Shown here: positions 50,329-59,564 of the stretch, piece by piece
Layout of the letters: every line of letters starts with the position of its first letter
Position numbering within the stretch: position 1 is the stretch's first letter
Assembly: GCA_044229975.1 (NCBI GenBank)
Contig: JBGARZ010000008.1
Location: forward strand, 320,001 to 384,000
Length of the DNA stretch: 64,000 nucleotides
Reading direction: 5' to 3'
From: Polyangiales bacterium
GTDB taxonomy: Bacteria > Myxococcota_A > Polyangia > Polyangiales > Ga0077539
Translations under genes and position numbers: made by a program
The notes under the pieces: model-generated
Database searches by the model: none
Told to the model about the DNA's origin: nothing
Seen by the model: only the letters and a program-made list of their open reading frames with translations

Positions 50329-51513
50329 ATGAGCCCGCGTCCTGGTCGACCGCTTCTGTCCGTCGCGCTGCTGCTCCTCGCGGGCTGTGCCAACACCGTC
50401 GAGGACGAGCCCGACGCGGTGGTCGAAGACGACGTCGTGAGCGAAGAAGACGTCCCCAAGGAAGACGTCACCTTCCCGACCTTCCCCGACCGCGGCTTCC
50501 CCACCGACAACCCTCCCGTCGACACCGGCGCCCGCGACGCTGGCGCACCCGACCGCGCCGACGTCCCCGCCGCCGACGTGCGACCCGACGTGCCCATGGA
50601 CGTCCCCGTCGACGTGCGACCCGACGTGCCGATGGATGTCCCGATGGACGTCCGGCCCGATGTCCCGATGGACGTTGACGTGGACGTGCGACCCGACGTG
50701 CCCATGGACGTTGCGGTCGATGTACGGCCCGACGTCGTGCTCGCCGACGTGGTCACGGCCGACGTCGTCACGGCCGACTGGTCGACCCGCGCCAACGATC
50801 GCCAGTGCGCCGACCCCGGTGTGCTCGGGTCGCGCCGCGCGTTTCGCTGCCCACCGGGCGGAACCATCGCGACCATCTGGGGCACCGACGAGTACACGCA
50901 CGACTCGCCCGTCTGCGTCGCGGCCGTCCACGCCGGGCGCATCACCCTCGCGGGCGGCGGCGACATCACCATCGAAATGCACCCCGGCCGCGACTCGTAC
51001 GCAGCGAGCACCCGCAACGGCGTGACGTCCTCTTCCTATCCCGCGTGGTCGTGCTCGTATGCGGTGATCGCCTCCGCGTGCCCGACGGGCCAGACCGAGT
51101 GCGGCACGACCTGCGTCGACACCCGCTCCAGCGTCTCGCACTGCGGCGCCTGCGGTCGCGCGTGTGCCACCGGAGAGACCTGCGAGTCAGGCGTCTGCGC
51201 TCCGCCCGCGACCCCATGGAACACCACCGCCCAGGGCGTTCACGAGTGCACCACCACCGGGGTCATCGGGTCGCGCTACGTCTACCGCTGCGCGCCCGGC
51301 GGCACCCTGGGCCTCGTCTGGGGAACGGACGTCTACACCCACGACTCGTCCATCTGCACCGCGGCCCTCCACGCGGCGCGCATCACCCAGCCCGCAGGCG
51401 GCGTGGTCACCATCCAGATGGCGCCCGCCCAGGACAGCTACGCCGCCTCCACCCGCAACGGCGTCACGTCGAACTCGTATGGACCCTGGGGCTGCTCGTT
51501 CTTCTTCCCGTAG
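50329..51513 (+). CDS. Lipoprotein with two LCCL domains, Asp/Val/Pro stalk and one Cys repeat
   Basis: LAGC; WGTDxYTHDSxxCxAAxHA twice. Confidence 0.88.
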   Translation: MSPRPGRPLLSVALLLLAGCANTVEDEPDAVVEDDVVSEEDVPKEDVTFPTFPDRGFPTDNPPVDTGARDAGAPDRADVPAADVRPDVPMDVPVDVRPDVPMDVPMDVRPDVPMDVDVDVRPDVPMDVAVDVRPDVVLADVVTADVVTADWSTRANDRQCADPGVLGSRRAFRCPPGGTIATIWGTDEYTHDSPVCVAAVHAGRITLAGGGDITIEMHPGRDSYAASTRNGVTSSSYPAWSCSYAVIASACPTGQTECGTTCVDTRSSVSHCGACGRACATGETCESGVCAPPATPWNTTAQGVHECTTTGVIGSRYVYRCAPGGTLGLVWGTDVYTHDSSICTAALHAARITQPAGGVVTIQMAPAQDSYAASTRNGVTSNSYGPWGCSFFFP

Positions 51514-53023
51514 GCGCGGCGTCGTCGCGGCCCTCGCGCTCGCGGCCCTCACCGCAAGCTGCGAGACGCCCGCCACCAACGTGCTCGTCGTCGTCGGAAC
51601 CGACCTCGACCCCGCCCTCCCGCTCACCGTCACCGCCCGCCTGACCCGCGGCTCCGACGGTGGCGAAGGCCGCCTCGCCGGACCATGGACCCGCGTCTCC
51701 CCCGACGCCGGCGACCTCGACGGCGGCGTCACGCTCCCGCTCTCCTTCGGCGTCGTCCCCGGAGAGAACTCTCTCGACGAGCCCGTGAGCGTTCTTGTCG
51801 AGGGCGTCGTCGGCGACGTCACATTGCGTCGGCGCGCGTCGTTCGTCTTCGTCTCGCGGCGCACCGGGGTGCTGCGGGTGTTTCTCACGCAGCGCTGCGC
51901 CGAACCCGCGGACGGCTGCGTCGAGCCCGTGCGCTGCACCGTCCAACAACGCTGCGAAGAGCAGGGCCTCACCTGCGGCAACGACGGAACCTGCGTCGAC
52001 GTGCGCGTCCCGCTCTCCGACGACCGCGACGCGTCCTTCGGCGACATCGTCCCCGGCGAGGCGTGCGGCGGATACGGTCAGCGCTGCTGCACCGTCGGCC
52101 CCGGATGCACCGCGCCCAACGCCTGCGTCGCGGGCACCTGCCGTCGTTGCACCGACCCCGCGCAGCTCTGCTGCGACGGCCCCGCGCTGCGCCCCAACGG
52201 GGCCACCTGCGCGCCCACCGACGACCCCTGCCAGACCGCGGGCACCTGCGCCGACGGCGTCTGCGGCGCCCGTCGCAACGCCCCCGACGGAACCTCCTGC
52301 GGAACCGCCGCGAACCCCTGCCAGCAGGCGCCCGTGTGCATGTCCGGCGCGTGCGTTCGTCGCAACACGCCCGACGGAACCTCCTGCGGCGCTTCCCCCG
52401 GCGCATGCCGCGAGGCACCCGTGTGCATGGGCGGCGCGTGTCAGCCCGCGCAACCCGTCGCCGACAACACGGTCTGCGGCGCGGCCTCCGACGTCTGCCA
52501 TCTGACCAGCGTCTGCCGCGCGGGCGCGTGCACCGAGCGCGATGCGCCCACGGGCACCGTTTGCGCCGCCGCCACGGGTCCATGCGTGCGCGCTCGCACC
52601 TGCGCAGGTGGCGCGTGTCAGGCCGCGGCAGCCGTCCCCAACGGGACGGTGTGCGAAGGCGCGCGCAACCCCTGCGAAGGCGCAGCGACGTGCGCGAGCG
52701 GTCGCTGCGGCGGCCACGCGGCGCTCCCCGACGGAACCCCCTGGGGAGCCGGCGGCGTCAACCGCTGCTGCGGCGGGAGCGCGGTGCAGGTCAACACCGG
52801 CGGCCGTTGTGGCGGCTGCGGCATCGTGTGTCGCAGCGGGACATGCCGTGCGGCGCTCGGGCAGTTCTATTGTGCGTGCTCGTCCAACGCGCAGTGCGCG
52901 CCGGGCATCTGTCGCACGCAGTCACCCAACGCCAACCTCTGCGCGTGCGAGAACACCGCCGACTGCCCCGCGGGCATGCGCTGCGTCGACGTGAGCTTCA
53001 ATCCGAACTACTGCACCTACTGA
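51479..53023 (+). CDS. Cys-rich lipoprotein (start uncertain)
   Basis: LTASC lipobox; PDGTxC...C repeats. Confidence 0.75.
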   Translation: MDPGAARSSSRRRGVVAALALAALTASCETPATNVLVVVGTDLDPALPLTVTARLTRGSDGGEGRLAGPWTRVSPDAGDLDGGVTLPLSFGVVPGENSLDEPVSVLVEGVVGDVTLRRRASFVFVSRRTGVLRVFLTQRCAEPADGCVEPVRCTVQQRCEEQGLTCGNDGTCVDVRVPLSDDRDASFGDIVPGEACGGYGQRCCTVGPGCTAPNACVAGTCRRCTDPAQLCCDGPALRPNGATCAPTDDPCQTAGTCADGVCGARRNAPDGTSCGTAANPCQQAPVCMSGACVRRNTPDGTSCGASPGACREAPVCMGGACQPAQPVADNTVCGAASDVCHLTSVCRAGACTERDAPTGTVCAAATGPCVRARTCAGGACQAAAAVPNGTVCEGARNPCEGAATCASGRCGGHAALPDGTPWGAGGVNRCCGGSAVQVNTGGRCGGCGIVCRSGTCRAALGQFYCACSSNAQCAPGICRTQSPNANLCACENTADCPAGMRCVDVSFNPNYCTY

Positions 53024-53044
53024 CCCGATGGGCCATCCCCACGA

Positions 53045-53202
53045 CATCGCTCACGCCCTCCCAATGCGCCCTCACCCGAAGCGAAGCGGAGGGGCGCGAC
53101 GCTCACCTTTTCAGTCACCTTCTGGAGCGCGCTCGGATACCCAACAGTCGCGCCCCTCCGCTTCGCTCCGGGTGAGGGCGCATTGGGGTGACGTGAGCGA
53201 TG
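53045..53202. repeat. REPIN-like inverted repeat (56-bp arms)
   Basis: 53045-53100 pairs with 53147-53202. Confidence 0.9.
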
Positions 53203-53221
53203 CCACGCCGCGGGGTGACCG

Positions 53222-54703
53222 ATGAGCGTCGACCCCACCGCTCCGTTCACGGTCTCGGCGAAGTCGGCCACGACGGTGTACCGCTCCGTGCGCAAGATCG
53301 CGTCGGGCGGCATGGGCTCGGTCGAGCTCGCGGTCGCGGCCAGCGGTCGCTCGCTCGGGCGCATGGTCGCGGTGAAGCGACTGCACCCGCACCTGGAGGA
53401 GGACGAGCGCTTCCTGCACATGTTCTTCGATGAGCTCGCGATCACGGCGAGCCTGCACCACCCGCACATCGTGGAGATCGTCGACTGGGGCAAGGACGAC
53501 CTCGGGCACTTCCTGGTGCTGGAGTACGTGCCGGGCGACTCGCTCTTCGCGCTCGCGCGGGACGCCCAGAAGCGCCGCGTCCCCTTCCCGGTGGGCCTCG
53601 CGCTGTACGTCGTGGCGCGCACCGCCGAGGGCCTGCACGCCGCCCACGAGCTGCGCGACGAGCGCGGCGAGTCCCGCCACCTGGTGCACCGCGACGTGAG
53701 CCACTCCAACGTGCTCGTGGGCATCCACGGCCAGGTGACGCTCATCGACTTCGGCGTCGCCAAGGCGCGCGACAACCTCACCCACACCGCCGTCGGAACC
53801 GTCAAAGGCAAGCTCGGCTACCTCTCGCCCGAGCAGTACCGGGCAGAGTCCGTCGACCGCCGCTCCGACCTCTTCTCCCTCGGCGTCGTGCTGTGGGAGC
53901 TGCTCTCGGGCCAGCGGCTCTTCCACGGCGCGACCGAGTGGGAGGGCATGCGGCGCACGCTCGAACACGAGCCCACCGCGCTGCACACCGAGCGGCCTGA
54001 AGTGCCCGCGGCGGTCGACCGTGTCCTCGCCCGCGCGCTCGCGAAGAGCCGCGACGACCGCATGGCGACGTGCCAGGAGTTCGCCGACGCCCTCGACGCC
54101 ATCGCCCGCGACGCGGGCCTCGACGCCAACGAAGACGCCCTCGCCCGCTACTTCCGCGAGGCGCTCCCCGCGCGTGTCGACGAGCTCGAACGCCTCATGA
54201 TCGTCGCCCAGGCCAGCGTCGAGGAGGCCACCGCCATCCACCGCGACCTCCCGGTGCTGCCGCTCACCGTCATCACCGCGCGCCCCACGGCCCCGTCGCT
54301 CGCGCCCGTTCTCGCCGCTCCGTCTCCGCCGCGCCGCGTGTGGTGGCCCGTCGCGCTCGCGGCCGTCGTCGCGATGGTCGCCGGTCTCACCGCGCTCGCC
54401 CTCCGCCGACCCTCGGCGCCGCCGCCGGTCGTCATCGACACGGTCCACCCGGTCGCGCTCCCGGTCGAACCCGCGCGCCCGGTTGCACCTCCTGCTCCGC
54501 CTCTTCCTGCGCCCGTGATCTTCGTCCCACCACCGGTCGCACCCGAGCACCGTGACCCGCCTCATCACGGCCCCGCGCGACGCCACGCCGCGCCCGCCTC
54601 ACCGACGGCGCCACCACCGCCCGCCGCGCCTCCGGTCGTGCGCCCGGTTGCGCCGACGCCTGCGCCCGCCAGCAACCACCCGCAGCTCGACACCCATTGG
54701 TGA
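53222..54703 (+). CDS. Membrane Ser/Thr protein kinase
   Basis: GGMGSV, HRDVSHSN, DFG and GKLGYLSPE motifs; TM segment; Pro-rich tail. Confidence 0.92.
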   Translation: MSVDPTAPFTVSAKSATTVYRSVRKIASGGMGSVELAVAASGRSLGRMVAVKRLHPHLEEDERFLHMFFDELAITASLHHPHIVEIVDWGKDDLGHFLVLEYVPGDSLFALARDAQKRRVPFPVGLALYVVARTAEGLHAAHELRDERGESRHLVHRDVSHSNVLVGIHGQVTLIDFGVAKARDNLTHTAVGTVKGKLGYLSPEQYRAESVDRRSDLFSLGVVLWELLSGQRLFHGATEWEGMRRTLEHEPTALHTERPEVPAAVDRVLARALAKSRDDRMATCQEFADALDAIARDAGLDANEDALARYFREALPARVDELERLMIVAQASVEEATAIHRDLPVLPLTVITARPTAPSLAPVLAAPSPPRRVWWPVALAAVVAMVAGLTALALRRPSAPPPVVIDTVHPVALPVEPARPVAPPAPPLPAPVIFVPPPVAPEHRDPPHHGPARRHAAPASPTAPPPPAAPPVVRPVAPTPAPASNHPQLDTHW

Positions 54704-54744
54704 TGACGGCCCTCGCGCGCCGCCGATACACTCCGACCTCGCGC

Positions 54745-55473
54745 ATGAGCTTCCGTTCGCCGTGTTTCGCCGCGCTCGCGCTCACCCTCTTCGCGGGTGC
54801 GTCCTCCGCGCAGACCCTCGACGCACGAACGTTGATGGGCGCGCAGGTCGCCCCACCGTCGGGCGACGAGGGCGCGGGGCGGGCGGCCTTCGAGCGAGGC
54901 GTGGGCCTGGCCGAGCAGCTCCAGTGGTCGGCGGCGGCTGAGTCCTTCGAGGAGAGCTATCGGCTCTATCCGCGCGTCGCCACGCTGCGCAACCTCGGGC
55001 TCGCACACCGTGCGCTCGGGCGCTTCACGAGCGCGATCGATGAGCTCGGGAGGTTCTTGTCCGAGGGGCGTCCGCCGGAGGGCGTGCGCCAGCAGCTCCA
55101 GGGGCTCATCGACGACATGCGGGTGCAGCTCGCGACGCTCACGGTGATCCCGTCGGTGGAGGGCGCGTCGCTGGTCCTCGACGGGGCGCCGCTTCGTGCG
55201 CGGGAGCCTCGCTCGACCGACCCGGGCGACCACGTGCTCGAAGCGACCGCCGAGGGATACAACCCCAACGCGCAGACGCTGCGACTCGCGCGCGGTGAGC
55301 GCCGTGAGCTCGCCGTCACGTTGCAGCGCAACAGCGGTGGCATCGCGACGCGCTGGTGGTTCTGGACCATCATCGGTGTCGCGGTGGCCGGGGCCACGAC
55401 CGCGGCGGTGTTGCTGCTCTCCGAGGAGACGCCGCCCGACTGCGGAACGCTGCAACTGTGCTTGTCGCCGTGA
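54745..55473 (+). CDS. Secreted TPR + PEGA-like protein
   Basis: Signal peptide; AFERGV..FEESY..NLG; C-terminal WWFW TM segment. Confidence 0.75.
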   Translation: MSFRSPCFAALALTLFAGASSAQTLDARTLMGAQVAPPSGDEGAGRAAFERGVGLAEQLQWSAAAESFEESYRLYPRVATLRNLGLAHRALGRFTSAIDELGRFLSEGRPPEGVRQQLQGLIDDMRVQLATLTVIPSVEGASLVLDGAPLRAREPRSTDPGDHVLEATAEGYNPNAQTLRLARGERRELAVTLQRNSGGIATRWWFWTIIGVAVAGATTAAVLLLSEETPPDCGTLQLCLSP

Positions 55474-55485
55474 GGGTCGTCGCAG

Positions 55486-55672
55486 ACCTCACCCCCCAAC
55501 CCCCTCTCCGTGGACCCTCGCTGCGCTCGGGCTCGGCCGGAGAGGGGGAGCCAAGAGGGATGCTGACTGTCACCCATCACCCGAACAGGGATGTTCACTG
55601 CCTCCGGCTCCCCCTCTCCGGCCGAGCCCGAGCGCAGCGAGGGTCCACGGAGAGGGGGCTGGGGGGTGAGGT
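55486..55672. repeat. REPIN-like inverted repeat (67-bp arms)
   Basis: 55486-55552 pairs with 55606-55672 (1 mismatch); CCCCTCTCC..GGAGAGGGG internal hairpin. Confidence 0.92.
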
Positions 55673-56234
55673 TCCCGCGCTGCTCCTCCTTCTCCTCGTC
55701 GCCGCGTGCTCGTCGCCGCTGCCGTCGGCGGTGGTCACCCTCGGCACCGACCTCCCCGCCTGTCGCCTGCCCGCGGTGCGCCTTCGCTGCGCCTACGACT
55801 GGGACGGAACCTCCCCCCGCGACACCTCTTCCTGCGAGCAGCAACTCTTCCGCGGCGCCTCCCTCGCCGAGGTGCGCCTGCCCGCGTCCTTCGGCCTGCG
55901 CGCCGACGGCACCGGCCGCGCACTCACCCTGGTCGTCGACGACGGCAGCCCGTCACCTGCGCTCCGCCGCACCGCGCGCATGATCCTTCCGTCCGAAGGC
56001 ACCGCGCGCGTCACCGTTCTTCTCCGCGCCGCCTGTCAGGAGCCGCTCACCGCGTCCGCCGACCGCCCCTGCCCCGCGGGTGCATCGCGCTGCACGCTGA
56101 GCCAGTCGTGCGAGCAGCGCGGGCTCACCTGCGGCGACGACGCAACGTGCCGACCCGTCGACCTCACCGCCGCCGAGCTCTCCTCGTCCGTCGATGCCTC
56201 GGTGCCCGAGGTGACGGGTCTCTGCCGCCCCTAG
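55560..56234 (+). CDS. Short or truncated paralog of the 51479-53023 lipoprotein N-terminal domain
   Basis: LVAAC; GTDL..LPASFG..SCEQRGLTCG; the nearest in-frame ATG lies within the repeat. Confidence 0.55.
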   Translation: MLTVTHHPNRDVHCLRLPLSGRARAQRGSTERGLGGEVPALLLLLLVAACSSPLPSAVVTLGTDLPACRLPAVRLRCAYDWDGTSPRDTSSCEQQLFRGASLAEVRLPASFGLRADGTGRALTLVVDDGSPSPALRRTARMILPSEGTARVTVLLRAACQEPLTASADRPCPAGASRCTLSQSCEQRGLTCGDDATCRPVDLTAAELSSSVDASVPEVTGLCRP

Positions 56235-56271
56235 AACACCTTCGGTAGGATTGGTCCCCACGGAGGCGACG

Positions 56272-56571
56272 ATGGAGCGAGTGAAGACGGCGGGCGCGGT
56301 GGTGCTTGTTGGGGTGCTGCTGCACCTCGGGTTGGCAGCGAGCAACGTGAACACCTTCAGTCCGCGACCGGCCCTCGCACAGGTCGCGGGGACGACGGCT
56401 CCGCGGGCCATCGGCATGCCGCAGTGCACCCGCTGGGAGATGCAGCTCTCGGGTGACCTGAACGGCGCCGTGATCCCCGTGTCGAGCGAGATGGAGCCCG
56501 TCGGGGTGGCCTACGACTCGCGCGCCGGCACCACGCGAGCGCTGCTGCGCCGCTGCACCTCGCGGCTCTGA
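56272..56571 (+). CDS. Small secreted hypothetical protein
   Basis: GGAGG RBS; signal-like N-terminus; two Cys. Confidence 0.5.
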   Translation: MERVKTAGAVVLVGVLLHLGLAASNVNTFSPRPALAQVAGTTAPRAIGMPQCTRWEMQLSGDLNGAVIPVSSEMEPVGVAYDSRAGTTRALLRRCTSRL

Positions 56572-57470
56572 CCGTCGAGCCCGGCCCGCGCGCCTTCGAG
56601 GATCGCAGCCACGGCCGGGTGCTCCAGCCGCGCGTCGGTGGTGATCGCGTAGTAGCGCTCGCGCAGCTTGTCGGAGCGACCGACGACGGCCACGGCGTTG
56701 TCGCGGCAGACCTCCTCCTCGACGGCCGACGGCGCCGGGAAGACGCCCACTCCCGCGCGCCCGAAGGAGGACATGGTCGCGCCGTCATCGAACTCGGCGA
56801 CCACCACAGGGTGGATGCGGAGGTTCTCGAACCACAGGTTGAGCGAGCGCCGCATCGCGGTGTTGTCGGTGGGCATCAGCATCGGCGCGCGGTCGAGTGA
56901 GCGGGGGAAGCCGCGGCGGTAGCGGTCGGCGAGCGACGCCTTGGCGAAGAAGGTGACGCCGCACTCGCCGAGCAGGTGGTTGTAGCCGCGGAGTTGAACC
57001 GCGGTGCCGATGGGTCCGTCGCTGAGCACCACGTCGAAGCGACGCGCCGAGAGGTCGGCCAGGAGCCGGTCGCCCTTGTCCTCGCGACACACGAGATGCA
57101 CCGGCTGCGACAACCGCAGCACCGGCGCGAGCAGCCGATGCACGAGCGTCTTCGGGATCACATCAACGACACCCACGGCCAGCCGCAGCGGGTGACCGGC
57201 GGGCTGGCGCTCGACGGCGTTTACGAGGTCCTGCCCCAGCGCGAAGATCTCCTGGGCGTAGCGGTAGACGACGGTTCCGGCCTCGGTGAGCGCGAGCCCG
57301 CGACCGGCGCGCTCGAAGAGCTTGCGGCCGAGACCCCGCTCCAGCTCCTTGAGCTGGAGGCTGATGGTCGGCTGCGACACCCGCAGCTCCTCGGCCGCGC
57401 GAACGATGCTGCCCTCGCGCGCGACCACCCAGAAGTACTGGAGGTGATGGAAGTTGAGCGTCTTCGTCAT
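56511..57470 (-). CDS. nhaR: LysR-family regulator, NhaR-like
   Basis: LNFHHLQYFWVVAREGSI; HLLGECG; EFDD. Confidence 0.85.
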   Translation of the reverse strand: MTKTLNFHHLQYFWVVAREGSIVRAAEELRVSQPTISLQLKELERGLGRKLFERAGRGLALTEAGTVVYRYAQEIFALGQDLVNAVERQPAGHPLRLAVGVVDVIPKTLVHRLLAPVLRLSQPVHLVCREDKGDRLLADLSARRFDVVLSDGPIGTAVQLRGYNHLLGECGVTFFAKASLADRYRRGFPRSLDRAPMLMPTDNTAMRRSLNLWFENLRIHPVVVAEFDDGATMSSFGRAGVGVFPAPSAVEEEVCRDNAVAVVGRSDKLRERYYAITTDARLEHPAVAAILEGARAGLDGQSREVQRRSSARVVPARES

Positions 57471-57580
57471 GCGTCCTCCGCGTCGCAGCCACTGTTAGCC
57501 AGGACCAATGAATACCCTTGAAACTTTGTCATGGTCTAACCCGACCCGAGAACCATGTTCTGTCTCGAACGGAGGCACTC

Positions 57581-57931
57581 ATGGACATCGACATCAGGGC
57601 GATCGGCTTCGAACTCTCCCCCGCTCTCGCGCAGCGCGTCGACGCGCAGGTGCGGACGGCGCTCTCCTCTTCGGGCGAGCACATCACCGGGGTCACGGTG
57701 CGTCTCGACGACGTCAACGGTGAACGCGGCGGCCCCGACAAGCGCTGCCGCATGGTGGTGTCGCTCGCCCGCCACGGCACCACCGTCGTGACCGTCACGG
57801 CGACCGACCTCTACGCCGCCATCGACGACGCCGCGAAGCGACTCCGCCGCGCCGCACAGCGCTCGCTCACCCGCCACGTCGGCCGCGAGCGGAAAGACCC
57901 GCAGCGCCCCGGAACGCTCGTCGACGCGTAG
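57581..57931 (+). CDS. HPF/RaiA-family ribosome-associated protein
   Basis: VRLDDVNGERGGPDKRC...DLYAAIDDAA. Confidence 0.8.
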   Translation: MDIDIRAIGFELSPALAQRVDAQVRTALSSSGEHITGVTVRLDDVNGERGGPDKRCRMVVSLARHGTTVVTVTATDLYAAIDDAAKRLRRAAQRSLTRHVGRERKDPQRPGTLVDA

Positions 57932-57978
57932 GTTCCCACCTCGACGCGACATCCCCCCGGTCGCACATGGGGCGTCGC

Positions 57979-59532
57979 ATGCCCCGGCCCGCCGCGCTCC
58001 TCTCCCTCCTCGCGCTCTCGCTCGCCCCCACCGCGGCGCGCGCCTTCTCCTTCGAGTCGGCGTTTTCCGACGGCTGCCACGAGCGCATCACCCGCGCCGC
58101 CGTCCGTCGCGTCGGCTGGCCCGGCGGTGCCCAGCCGCCTGCGCTCTCCGCCGAGAATGCCCTGCGCCTCTCGCGCGACCTCCCCTTCGCGCTCACCGCC
58201 GACGACCACAACCCGTGGACCCTCGCGCTCGTCCTCGGCGCCCGCGACAACGACCTGCACGGCTACGCCGCCAGTGACTTCCAGGAGCTCGCCGTCGTCC
58301 ACTCGGCCGCCGAAGACCAGCGCGAGCACTGCCTCCGCTCGCCCACCGACGACGGCCCCGAAGGCGACGTCACCGCGCTCGCCTCGTGCCGCGGATTCAT
58401 CCTGAGCGAGCTCTCCCTCGCCATCGGCGACGGCGCCGACGTCGACCTCGCCGCCACCGAGTCCGTGCCGCTGAGTCTCCCCTTCAGCGGTCGGCGCGAC
58501 GCCGCGGTGCAGCGCTACGGGTGGCACCTCGGGCGGGCGCTCCACGCCTTGCAGGACAGCTTCACGCATACGTTCCGCTCGCCCGACGGGCGGCGCGTGC
58601 GGCACGTCCTCAACTTCGTCGACCCCGCCCGCGGCGGCGACTACTCCGAGGCCCGCGACGGCCACGACCACGTCAACTCGCTCGACGGCTGCGACCCCGA
58701 GTCAGCCCGCGAGACGCACCGCGCCGACCTCGCCACCACCGCCAGCGAGCAGCTCCTCGGCGCCGTGGTCGACGCGACCGGCGGCTCTCCTGGCCGCCTC
58801 GCGCGAGCCACCGCCGTCCTCGACGCGTGGCTCACCGTCGAGCCCGGCTGCGTCTACGACAACCGCTGGTGCAACGCCCCCGAGGCAGACGAAGACAACG
58901 CCGCCGGCTGCTCCGCCTCGCCGTCCGCCCGCACCTCCACGGTGTCGCTCGTCGCCGCGCTCGCCGTCGCTGCGCTGCTGCTACGCCGTCGTCGATACGT
59001 CGCCGCGGTCGTGCTCGCCGCGAGCCTCTCGCTGCTCCCCCGCTCCGCCCGCGCCCAGTCGCCCTACGAGCCCGGTCGCTTCGCGGTGCGCGCGCTCGCT
59101 GGTGCCTCGCTCGACCGTGGCGCCATGGCGGTGTCCGTCGGCGCCCACTGGCGCGCCTCGTCGCGCTTCAGCCTCGGGATCACCACCGAGTACAACCCCT
59201 GGTATTCGCTGCCCACCGCCAGGCTCTTCGCGGGGGTGTTCAACGCCTACGCGACGGCGCAGTTCGCGTGGCGGCGCGTCGGCAACCTCGTGCTGCACTC
59301 CAGCGTCGACGTCGGCACCAGCGTCCTCCTCGACGGCCTCATCGGCGCCGAGGGCGGGACCGTCGGGCTCTACGCGGGCGCCAACATCCTCGGGGTCACC
59401 GTCGACCTCGGCCCGCACCTACGACTGGTGGTGTTGCCCGCGTCGGTGGGCATCCCCATCCCGCAGATGGCGCGGGTGCCCATCGTCTATCAGCAGTATC
59501 GCTTCTCCATCGGCGTCGAGTGGGAGTTCTGA
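57979..59532 (+). CDS. Secreted Zn-binding PLC/S1-P1/HET-C-like domain + internal MYXO-CTERM-like motif + beta-barrel-like domain
   Basis: HERIT...LGRALHALQDSFTH; GCSAS-TM-RRRR; C-terminal IGVEWEF. Confidence 0.65.
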   Translation: MPRPAALLSLLALSLAPTAARAFSFESAFSDGCHERITRAAVRRVGWPGGAQPPALSAENALRLSRDLPFALTADDHNPWTLALVLGARDNDLHGYAASDFQELAVVHSAAEDQREHCLRSPTDDGPEGDVTALASCRGFILSELSLAIGDGADVDLAATESVPLSLPFSGRRDAAVQRYGWHLGRALHALQDSFTHTFRSPDGRRVRHVLNFVDPARGGDYSEARDGHDHVNSLDGCDPESARETHRADLATTASEQLLGAVVDATGGSPGRLARATAVLDAWLTVEPGCVYDNRWCNAPEADEDNAAGCSASPSARTSTVSLVAALAVAALLLRRRRYVAAVVLAASLSLLPRSARAQSPYEPGRFAVRALAGASLDRGAMAVSVGAHWRASSRFSLGITTEYNPWYSLPTARLFAGVFNAYATAQFAWRRVGNLVLHSSVDVGTSVLLDGLIGAEGGTVGLYAGANILGVTVDLGPHLRLVVLPASVGIPIPQMARVPIVYQQYRFSIGVEWEF

Positions 59533-59564
59533 GCTCCTCCACCCGACGCCGCGGTCGGCGTTGA

